DNA of 64,000 bases from Perna viridis (taxonomy: Eukaryota), in contig CM074512.1 in assembly GCA_037379345.1 (NCBI GenBank), positions 33,604,001 through 33,668,000 on the forward strand, given 5' to 3'. Both the position numbers and the translations under genes were made by a program. The first letter of the stretch is position 1. Each line of letters opens with the position of its first letter. Positions 50,429-61,398 of the stretch are shown here, piece after piece. The notes beneath the pieces are model-generated. The model ran no database searches. It was not told where the DNA came from and was given only the letters and a program-made list of their open reading frames with translations.

Positions 50429-53021
50429 AAGACAATAGGAATTAACAACAAGAACTATCAGTTGAGGTTAATGCACTGTTGAATCAATGAAGTGTAGATT
50501 TATCAGCTACTGACTGTGAAGCCCTGCACCTTATATTTCTAAAGACAGATATAGAACAATAAACTCACATAATAGGAAAGTGAATGAGCTCAAATTAATT
50601 AGAAATTTCCAGTTATTGATAGTAAATTGTTCAGGGTGCTAACTAATTTGACACTTTGCTTGCATATAAATCTTGATGATAGCAAAATAATGAATTGAAT
50701 TTGGCTGTGTTTGTTAAATTTCTGCTCAACATATTGAGGAGGGATTTTGCCCTGTTATTTTTCATTCTGTATTTTTCAGTGCATTTGATTGATATATTAT
50801 TTTTTTTAATGGTTCGGAAATGTTTAGAAATGATTTATGAGTCAGGTACTCAATACTTCTGAGCCAGATATTGAAATGTTGAATTAAGTATTGAGTTATA
50901 ACAATATTAACTGTATTTCTGCTTGTTATTTCAAGAAAACAATGCTTCTATTATATTTTTTTACACTGAATAGAAGAATACCTTAACTTGTATTCCTCAT
51001 TCATGAAGCATGCTTTGATAAATTTTGATATGATTTATGTCTAGGCTAGAATGTCACTATTTGGAATTGTTTGCTGAATCGCTGACCTTGGACAGGTCCA
51101 AATCATTGATTCTGATTGAAATCTAAATCTATGTTAATCCCAATTTTTCTATTTCCTACAGCTGATTGATGTTCTTGAAGGTATGGCATTAACTGAGAAA
51201 AATAACTAGCTACTTCTTATTTAACTGAGGACATGTTCGTCTGTAACCTAGTCTCAAGAGCATTTTCTTTCCTTTCTATGTTCTAATGAAAAACTATGAA
51301 TAATTCTCTTTGGAGTTCCTACTGAACTCTGTATTTAAGTTTATGACCATTGGAATACATTGGATGATATGGTAGATTATACCTATTAAAATGTTATATT
51401 ATAACAAAAAAACCCAAAATAGGAATTTAGAACAAAAGCATTTTAGGTTTGACTTGTAAAATTAATTCAAATAGTGGATATTTTCATGTTTTAACCCTTC
51501 CCTTCAAGTAATGAAAAAAGTACTTTTTTTTCCTCATGTCTATCCACCTGTTTATCCATATACACTCTAAGCCTCTCAAATGATGCAGTGAATTTTGATT
51601 AAACTTGGTCATATCATCTCTAGAGATTGTGCATTTGAAAGTTACTGATTTATTCTTAAAAGGGAAATAATTCAATGTATGAGTAAGAGTGGAAATGTGA
51701 GCCTTCATTTATTGTTTGTGGTTTACAGTTGTTCAAATTACCTCATCTTATGCAGTATTGAATAAAGGTTTATTGAGAGTTGCATAAATAGATACAACTT
51801 CACCAATATGGAAATAAATTTCAATAATTGATATCGTGTTATGCCTTGTTTTTAGCTTCTGTGACTCAAGAGATGTTAATGATTTTACAAAGTGTGAATA
51901 TTTATAAATATGAAAATCAAAGGTTTCCATATGTATTTGCATCATACTATCAAACTGATGAGTAGTATAGTAACAGAATTAATTGTTATAATCTTGGGAA
52001 ATGTAAATTTTATATTCAGGGTTTCCATTATAGTGGGTGGATTTCTTTATAGAGCAACCCAAAGATTATTTAACATTTTGCAAAACATATCCTATAATTT
52101 CCAAAGCAATCAACTCTACCTGTTGTTATGGTTGTTTTGAATGGTAGAGAATTTTTTGTTAAGTCTGACAATCTGTACACAAATATGAAAACTTTGAGAA
52201 ATTTGTACTTGCAGAATGAGCTCTTACTAGAAGAAATAGAGTACTTTGACTTAAACTTCAAAGGTCAGTGACCTGAAGTAGATTGTACAAGGTCACTTTG
52301 CCATATAAACTAATGTATCCATTTAGGGTTGGTTTCTATCAATGATTCTAAATTTTCGAATGTGTTTAGACTATTGTGATTGTGTCATGTGAAGCCACTG
52401 AAATGCCGATGGTGGAATCTAAGAAAATCCTCATGTCTTGGACATATAGAATGGAATACTTGTTTGATTTCATGTACTGCAAATTAATCATAAGACTCTC
52501 ATGGCGTCACCATGTCCTATTTTAGTTTATCATCGGCTGAATTAGCATGTGTTGGAATTGACAACTAAAAGGGAAAAAATATCAAGATAGTAAATTAAAT
52601 GCCAGACTCTCTAAGTATAGGGATCAAGTGGTCTATTGAGGTTGAGTATTTTGATGCAAATAAGAATGACTTGCAATGTAACATTCTTGCTCTCCAGACA
52701 TTTTATATATGTATATTTAAGGTTTATGATCCATATTCTCATGTCTTTGTCTTACAGCCATTAATCACTGATTTTATAGTGTTTATGGCCACAAATGTGC
52801 TGTTAAGTACCCAGTATGATTAATATCAATAAGTCATTGCATGTAATAGTCACTAGTTTATGTAGGGATGTGAAAAGTACAGTGATTATCAATAAGATGG
52901 TGCATGTCGTATTGTATGGCATGTCCAATTGAAGGATTGTCATTTTCATAGTCACTTGCTGTCATTGTATTGAGCTTGTCTTGTAAACCATACATTATTA
53001 TGATAAATAGATGCTTGTGTT

Positions 53022-53490
53022 AGTCATGTGGTAAGATGTGGCTGAGTACTGTTGTGTGTGATAGACAGTCATGGTGTGCTGTGGCTGCATGAGTATTGCT
53101 GTGTGTGATGGACATTCATGGTGTGATGTGGCTGCATGAGTATTGTTGTGTGTGATGGACAGTCATGGTGTGATGTGGCTGCATGAGTATTGTTGTGTGT
53201 GATGGACAGTCATGGTGTGATGTGGCTGCATGAGTATTGTTGTGTGTGATGGACAGTCATGGTGTGATGTGGCTGAGTACTGTTGTGTGTGATGGACAGT
53301 CATGGTGTGATGTGGCTGAGTACTGTTGTGTGTGATGGACAGTCATGGTGTGATGTGGCTGAGTACTGTTGTGTGTGATGGACAGTCATGGTGTGATGTG
53401 GCTGAGTACTGTTGTGTGTGATGGACAGTCATGGAGTGATGTGGCTGCATGGTTGTGTGTGACAGACAGACCTGGTGTGATATGGCAGAG
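53022..53490. repeat. TG-rich minisatellite, 43/47-bp units, ~10 copies
   Basis: gtcatggtgtgatgtggctg(catg)agta(c/t)tgttgtgtgtgatggaca. Confidence 0.95.
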
Positions 53491-53764
53491 TACTGTAGTA
53501 TACAGTAGACAGTCATTAGGTAATGCCAATGAATTCTGTAGTATGTGACATGGTGTCATGGAGTAACATGGCTGTAGTAATATGTGACAGAGTCTTGGAG
53601 TTTGTCATGAATTTGTCATTTGTAGTATCTAGACCTAGTTAAAGATATGAGAGTTATTGGTCATTAAATAACCTCTTATATTATTGTCTTACCAAGGATG
53701 TACATTTGTATCAACCAAAAATAGCTCTTTCTTTAAAAAATTTGTGATTTAAAAGAATTTCAAA

Positions 53765-53900
53765 TATAACAAAGATGGAAATGATGAATTTGTCGAAGAG
53801 ACAACAACCCCACCGGGATGACAAATGTCAGCTCAAGGCCATCTATGGGTCTTCAATGATCCACGAGGAAACCCTCGCACCACAGGACAGGCTGCAGCTG
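53765..53900. mobile_element. Second copy of the 16245-16640 interspersed repeat
   Basis: Same motif order as 16277-16372. Confidence 0.6.
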
Positions 53901-54681
53901 AATGTTTTTTAGTCATTCACTAAAAGGTCTTTGTTGACTTTTTGATTATTAGAATTTCCATTTTCATGTGATTTACATGTTGTTGCGTTGCTTTTTTTTT
54001 TGTTTTGTTTAAAGAATGGAGCTCCTATAGCTACAGATCAGGTAATATTCATGAAATGATCTTTAGTGTTATTATATTGTTACTATTCAATCAATCAACA
54101 GCCCACAAAAATTATCTCTACTACATAACTGTCATTACATGTATTAAACACTTAGATACACGAAGTGTCCTAATTGCCCAAACATGTATTTCATAGCCGC
54201 TCTGTGAGGTCTCTTTGTTATTCAAAACCTCAGCCACTACAACTTATACCTGATAATGTTATCAAAACTAAACACTTCATTCATAATTATTTCCCAAAAA
54301 GGCAAATTTGTAGAATTACCTAAGAAGGGGTATTAGGTGAATGAAAGAACTAAAACCATCTTGAAATGTCAAATGGGATTGTTCATTTACATTACGGTAA
54401 TTTTATTTTCGTTGACATTCGGCCTGTAATAACTGTTACAATGTATACCTGCCTATAACAAATCCTTCATTCCCAAAGGAGTTCAGTTTTTACAAGTTAT
54501 ACCTGGATAAGTGATTTTGAATACCATTAAACACTTATCATTTTTCAAAGCCACAAAATACCTTTATTTGGCTAAATGCAAAAAAAAAAAAATAGCAACG
54601 GTAAATAGTTGTGTGTTTACAGTAAGTGAAATCGTTAAAGGATAAAAATTTCTAGTGCTGTAAGTGTTTTAACAGTATGAT

Positions 54682-54780
54682 AGAGTGATCAAGGGAACCA
54701 AGATTCTAGTGGAAATCAAAAGACTGTAATCCAGGAACATCCATAAGACCAGACATGGAAAACAGACAATCACAACAAGT
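54682..54780 (-). mobile_element. 3'-end fragment of the same Penelope-like family
   Basis: agagtgatcaagggaaccaagattctagtggaaatcaaaagactgtaatccagg...agacatggaaaacagac matches 30442-30525. Confidence 0.75.
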
Positions 54781-56071
54781 ATGATAAAATGTGCTGCTGG
54801 CAATGTTCAGAATTTCTTTGAAGAGAGCTTGCCCCATCACCACAAATCTTGAACAATTACGGAAGTCTGAGAATTTGTGCAACTGTTTGTGATGTCATCA
54901 ATATCAAACACTTTGATTGGAGTTACCATGGAAGTTAAGAATATTCTCAAACTTAGGGTTTTTTTTATTTTTTTGATGTTGAATCAAGTACTCAGGAGGA
55001 TTTTTCTCAACAAATTTCTATTTACTTGTAAATGCTAATTAACACCAAATGTGGGTCAACCCTATAATAGTGCCATTTATAAAATCCCTGGTTAATTTAG
55101 GTTTGGATTAATGAATATCCAAGAAATCTATTTAGCACCAGTTGTTTTTGTAAATGAAAATATTGCAAAAAAAGTATGAATGATTTTTATTAATACCACT
55201 TACTGATTCTAACATATATTTGGAAGCTTGGTACAATAACTTTTGTATGAAAATGATCTTACTTGAAACACTGAGGTTTTGAAACATTATAAAATAAAAT
55301 GGGATAACATTTTGTAGTTTACTTAAGATCTTTGCTAATAAAAAAGTTGTTTTAAGTTTTTTTTACAAATTTAATGTTCATAAATTTAATTTATCCTTTT
55401 TAATGTTCTTGGTCCCTTCAAAAAATTAAATGATAAAAAAAATCAATACAAGAAATTTCAAAACGACAATTTTTAAGCATTAACTTTCTTGCAAAAATTT
55501 TATTCCCAATATCATTATTTTGTAACCAGTATTGAAGACAGATTTTATATAAAAGATGGATTAGTAGTTATTCTTGTCAGGAAGCAGTCTTTATTGTAAA
55601 ATCCACTTTGATGAGCTGGTTTTATCCATACATTCTATTTTTACTAATCAAACAATAAAGAAAGCTCTATTAAAATTATTGTAAGTATAGATTTATTGTT
55701 ATTTTACCAAAGATGCAAATTTCTATCTGAACGCCATGTTAAAAGCAAGTAGATATTATTCACCAAGGCACCCAAGTTTATTGATAAGCAATCTGTTGAA
55801 AATATTTGTACTACTTCAGAAAAAGAGTTGATATTATCACAAAAAGGGCTTACTAGAAATGTATAGATATCATGTAAATAATGATATGTTTTCAAAATAA
55901 AACTTTCTATTCAAGAAACTGATGAAACTTTGAATGCTTAACTTCAATTACATGTTAAAATGTATAATTTGAATATTGTTAAGGTCTAAAATTACTGAAT
56001 TGAAGAGAGAAGAAGTAAAAAATAATATATATTATATTTGTTTTTTGGTTTTTTTTTAATGAGTATCTTAC

Positions 56072-56402
56072 CTGTAAATTCATTTATGATGCTAAGAGGC
56101 ATCACAATGACACTAAGCAAAAGATCAGTCACGGCTAGCGAAAGTAAAAAATAGTTGGTCACCGTTTGGAGACGTTTTTCCATGGATATTGCCATGCATA
56201 CTAAAATATTTCCAGCTATCCCAAATATTATAAGTGGTGATAGAAATAAAATCACCCAATTATACTCTGGCTCCAATGCTGTTGAAGAATTTGTCATATT
56301 TTTTAATATTGTGGTTTCATTCAGTAGTATATCCCATTGAACATAATTCAATATTTCTGAAACATTTTCTTCACTAAAATTTTTCTGATCCATTAAAGTC
56401 AT
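56072..56402 (-). CDS. HTR2: 5-HT2-type serotonin receptor gene A, coding exon 1 (N-terminus, TM1, TM2)
   Basis: The ORF from ATG 56402 encodes N-glycosylation sequons (NFS, NVS, NET, NMT, NSS), TM1 with GN (IFGIAGNILVCMAI) and the 5-HT2-like EKRLQTVTNYFLLSLAVTDLLLSVIVMP. The exon ends at a consensus donor, ACAG|GTAAGA (GT at 56071-56070), after 110 codons + 1 nt (phase 1). Confidence 0.93.
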
Positions 56403-56707
56403 AATTCAGCTTCTAAAACTGTTGCAACTCTTTGTAATTCCTTTTGCGTAACTTTTTCAAACTTTTGCAGTTCCTTGACCAACTTGAAACAACCAATTCC
56501 AAAAGTGATAATATATTCCATTTTTGTACTGACGTGTTTGAGTCTGTTTATTTTATCGTGTAAATCATTGTAAAGAATTCATCAGAAAATAACTCTTAAT
56601 ATCATAATTACATCATTTACCTAAGGTAAAAACTATAGTCATTTGTCATTAGTTGCTATCGGTATTTTTACCTGGCTCAGCAGCCATAACATCCCAAAAT
56701 TGATTTT

Positions 56708-56776
56708 CCAATCAGAATCTAAACTTTCTGTGGTAAAGAGGGCTGAAACCACAGGACAAGATAAAGCTCTGATTGG
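56708..56776. promoter_or_regulatory. Inverted pair of CCAAT boxes ~300-370 bp upstream of the gene A start codon
   Basis: ccaatcaga (56708-16) and tctgattgg (56768-76) bracket the inverted pair ctgtggt/accacag. The TSS is unknown. Confidence 0.35.
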
Positions 56777-58334
56777 TCTGTGAGGATAATTAATGTATTG
56801 TTATCACCACTTTATGTCAGGTAAACCCACTTGATCAGAAGAGCTCGCCAATTATCTACAGAATCAATATCTTATAATCAAATACTTCTCCTTGCTTAAT
56901 TTCCGTTCATCTTCATTGTCTCTATTGGCTATTTTGTTGATCTGACCGTCACCAGATTATGTCTGCTCTTGGGTGTCTGAGGAAGATCTCTGCACATTTT
57001 TCATGTGGTCAAATTGTTCCAGTTCTACTTTGTTTTGTCCATAGTAATTAAATTAACTGTAGATTTTATTTTTTTTTTCTAAATTCTGCTGTTGTCCAAT
57101 GCCACTTTATTTTGGTTCACAGCATTTGAAGGAATTAGTAGAATTTCCCACTGGTAAAAAAAAATAATGAAATACTACGTACATGTATATATGTAGTATA
57201 TGTATATGCTATTTCATTGTCCTTTTTTTTCTCCTTGTATAATTCTGAATCATCTTTTAACAATTGGTTCAATTTAAAAAATCACTTTCTTTAGCTTATT
57301 TTAGAATTCCTCTTTGTCTAAGAAAAAAATGTCAATTCAATAACATTTTAATTTAGTAAATCCAATTATATTTTGTGCCATGCAGTGTTGGACATTCTGG
57401 TTGTTTCACAAAGTCTGGAAAAGTACTTAGCCAAATGTCAAGCTGTGTTATACCACTCAGTTCATAAGTTTTTGTGTGTTCCTATATTAACACTTAATTC
57501 ATCAAATTAACCACTGAAGTATCTTGACAGGATTTTTCCATTGGTCAGATCGAAATAAGTCTTATTTCCCTTTTTTGATCAAATTCAGTCTGATAATTAT
57601 CTGATTATTGGGACTTTATCAGCCTAGAAAATCATCAAGTTCTGTCGCTATCATCTTTTTGTAATCTTCTTTGGGTTTATGCTTCTTGTCTTTATTTGCT
57701 ATCGTCAATAGTTTTGTTTTCAGGTCACAGGCAGGCATAGAGGTTTTTAGATTTTCCATGGATTAAGATAGAGAGGGTATTACTCTCATGATACAGAGGT
57801 TGCTACTACTCTTAATATGACAACATGATTATATTTGACTGAATGTGTTCCCTAATTGGGAGAGTGTTATACTTGGAGTATTATGTAGAAAGGGTTGGGG
57901 GGTATTAATTTGCAAGGCATTTGGTCATCCAGATAAACTTGTATTTATGCACCAGTTTTTAAATCTGTTCAATTGTAGACTTGATTTATGAATTTTAGAC
58001 CAGTTACTGATATTATTGTTAAATAAATGTGTGAAACATTACTAATGTAATACTTATAAATACATGTAGAGCAGGTGATATATAACGATAATTTTTCAAG
58101 AGCCTTTCCATTAATGGTTGCAATTAGAATATCTTCTTCCTGCCAATCTTTCTGTAATTCTATATGGTATTATGTATGCCAACAATTCAACTTCACAGTA
58201 ATGTGGGTTAAGTTGGAACAAATTTTACTTTTTGGATGACATATTTTTTCTTTACTTCAAAGTATACTTGACAAACAGACTCAAGGGCAAAGTACTTTTA
58301 TGGTGAAATTTGTCATTTGAAAATGAGTTATTTG

Positions 58335-58775
58335 CCCATTCTCCCTAATTTTGAAATTATCATTCTCCCTAATAATGAAATGACTGTTCTCCCTAATAGT
58401 GAAATGCCCATTCTACTTAATAGTGAATTGTCCATTCTCTCTAATTTTGAAATGATCATTCTCCCTAGTAGTGAAATGACTATTCTCCCTTATTTTGAAA
58501 GGACCATTCTCCCTAATAGTGAAATGACCATCCTCATCAATAGTGAAATGACCATTTCACTATAGTGAAATGGCCATTCTCCTAATTTTGAAATGACCCT
58601 TCTCCCTAATAGTGAAATGACCATTCTCCTTATTTTGAAATGACCATCCTCCCTAAAAGTGAAATGACTGTTCTCCCTAATAGTGAAATGACCATTCTCC
58701 CTAATTGTGAAATGACCATCCTCATTAATAGTGAATTGACCTTTTTCCTTAATAGTAAAATGACCATCCTCCCTA
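58335..58775. repeat. Minisatellite, 24-bp unit, ~18 copies
   Basis: Unit ccattctccctaat(ag/tt)tgaaatga. Confidence 0.95.
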
Positions 58776-59324
58776 TACACCATGTAGTGAAGTGGCAGGT
58801 AATGGTATTTAATATACCAGTACCTACTGTATACATCTGTAGACCTATTAAAATCAGTATTTAGTAAACAGTTACCATGAAAGGCCCAAAGAAAGATAAC
58901 TTTTTCCAAAGTAGCAAACCTGAGATTTTTGATTTACTGGAATTGGTAAAAATCTGCCAGACCATTAATTAATGAAAGTTCTGAAACAACACCATACATT
59001 CACTTTTCTTGGAGGGGCAAATTCCTAGTGCAAATGAGATTCTGACAAATATACTTTCTTAACACTTAAGATAAGAACTACTAAATATACCTTGTGTGCA
59101 AGCCTCTAAATGTACATGGAAAAAATAGTATTTAGTAATTTTTCCATGAATAGCATCTTTCCCCATTTTTTAAGGATAGAAATAAAGGTAAAGTTATTGC
59201 TTTGTTTTGTTTTCAGTACTTAATATTTGCATATGATTTGCATTAATATGTAATTATACGCCACATAATGTTGCAGATCTTCACCATGTTTACTGCCATA
59301 GTGTCATAGGTCTAGCTTCGTATG

Positions 59325-59820
59325 AGATAAAAATGTACCTCTTACGTATCATACATGTGTGGGCTACATTTGTTTCTTGCTTGTGCAAGAACGGGAAATT
59401 TACTTGAAATGATAGGTTAGCTTTGAACATACCCTGTTTCCGATTTAGACACTGAGGCTGGTTACAAGGCTATATTGGTCATATACATTAGCACGCTCTG
59501 ATATTTATGAATATTCATTGCCAGCTACTTAATCTGGTTCCTAAACTGGTTCCCTGGTCATTATCATAAATGACCCAAAGATTGCCAAAATGTACCTTTT
59601 TTAAAACATGTCATATACATGTGCGTGTTTTTGCTTGTATTAGAATAGCAAGTTTGCATTAAAAGATGGTGATCGGTTAGCATTGAATTTATGTAATACT
59701 ACCCACTTCCTGATTCAAACACAGGTGTTCATATCAATTGATTATATAAAGGTCAAATATTTTATTAGGACACCGATATCTATATACAGCCATTATTGCC
59801 AGTTGCTTAATCTTGTACCG
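59325..59820. repeat. Old diverged tandem duplication, ~257-bp period
   Basis: aaatgtacct occurs at 59331 and 59588, each followed in order by atacatgtg, ttgcttgt, ggttagc and attgccag..cttaatct. Confidence 0.65.
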
Positions 59821-60993
59821 GATCACTGAAAATGGTTCATAACGGTTAAGAAAGAGTATGCAATAATATCAAAGGAACTAAGATTTTAGGGAAAGTCACC
59901 TGATTTTAGAGCATATTGCATTTGTACCATTTTGGATGTTGAAAGTAAACCAAAATCAGTGCCGGTGAATATTTGACGACTTTGAAGACTTCAGTCATTG
60001 ATTTTACTAATTAAAGATGTGTTATTTGCATAAAAGGGAAATATACTTTGTGACAGCTTGCATGGGAACAAGCATCTGTGGAAAAAATAAATATAGCTTG
60101 AGGATGGTTCAATATAATGTGTCGTACAGTGTATGTCAGTTTATACTGTATCCCTATACAGCCCTTTCCTGTTTTTTTCAATAAAGTTCAATTATGTTAG
60201 TTGCGTTTTTGTTCTAATTTCTTAAGATTCTGACGGCTTTTGTGTAAGTTTTTGTTAACGTAACGATTTACTGAATCTCAAGATGGCGTAAGCAATTCTT
60301 TAAATATAGGCCTGGGACAGCTGTTGATTCAGAAAGAGATAGGTCTTTACTGTGTGCTTGTACTTCTGTCATTAACTTGTGACATTTGTATTTAACATGG
60401 TATGTGGACTTTTAAAAGCCTCCATTATGAGAAAGATAAAAATATTTGTTAAATCAATATTAATCATGTATGATAAAATTGCTTTCTAGAAATCTCACAC
60501 TTTTTTATGTTCTAATTAATTAATGTACTTTTAGGTGATGGAAGGTTTTCAAAATTATGTTTGATTCATACTTCATGTTTACATGCAAAAATCTTATTAA
60601 AAATATATATTTAGAACAAGGAAGGAAATGGATTGTTTTTTGTTTTTTTTTTAAATTTTTTTTTTAGTTTTGTAGTGCGAGCCCAGGGTCCTTTTCATTG
60701 TCTTTTAAGATTTACAGTTGTTAAGTTTAGGGAGGGGATATTTACTGTTTTTATTGGTATTTGATGGTTTCTTTTGTTGTTATTTTGAGCTTTGGTTTGA
60801 TTTTATTAGTCAATGAAGAGTAAAATGTATGATTTATCCTCCAACCTTTCCCCTTGCCAAACAAACACATTCCTTCAAATACCTTATTCTAATGTATGTA
60901 CAACCATCTATTTTGATTAACAAGATATATTAATTAAATGAATGATCTGTAGGTATATGAATAATTATACACTCACTTATCCATTGGATGTTA

Positions 60994-61102
60994 TTTTGAA
61001 ATCACCTTGTCTCTATTTCATTTTGAAATCACCTTGTCTCTATGTTTTTTTAAATAAACTTGTCTCTATGTCATTTTGGAATCACCTTGTCTCTATGTCA
61101 TT
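60994..61102. repeat. Minisatellite, ~27-bp unit, 4 copies
   Basis: ttttgaaatcaccttgtctctat(g/t)tca. Confidence 0.9.
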
Positions 61103-61144
61103 TCCTCATTTTAGAAATTTGACCCCGAAAATCACAACTTGAAT

Positions 61145-61398
61145 TGATTGCAAATTTGCTATATGGCATGTGTTGTAAATGGTTACAAATTTGTTAAGTG
61201 GCATGTGTTGTAAATGATTACAAATTTGGTATGTGGCATGTATTGTAAATGATTTAAAATTTGGTGTGTGGCATGTGTTGCAACTGATTTCAAATTTGCT
61301 ATGTGGCATGTATTTGTAAATGATTTCAAATTTAGTGCATGGCATGTGTTGCTAATGATTTCAAATTTGCTATGTGGCATGTGTTGTAAATGATTTCA
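61145..61398. repeat. Minisatellite, 35-bp unit, ~7 copies
   Basis: tgatttcaaatttgctatgtggcatgtgttgtaaa. Confidence 0.93.

Larger units (their letters stand above)
39077..56071 (-). other. GT-AG phase-1 intron of 5-HT2-type gene A (16,995 bp)
   Basis: The donor GTAAGA at 56071 and acceptor TTTGCAG at 39077 restore a continuous 7TM reading frame with no missing segment between TM2 and ECL1. Confidence 0.88.

Noticed and set aside
55992-56071. C-terminal tails of the ORF-track proteins 55992..56402 and 11816..12103, and the GTG 'start' at 39056
   Set aside because: The tails are read-through into introns past consensus donors. The GTG is an internal Val of exon 2.
58317-58909. Overlapping ORFs with LRR-looking 8-aa repeats (MTILPNSE)
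   Set aside because: These are translations of a 24-bp minisatellite that is open on both strands, with frame-breaking indels.
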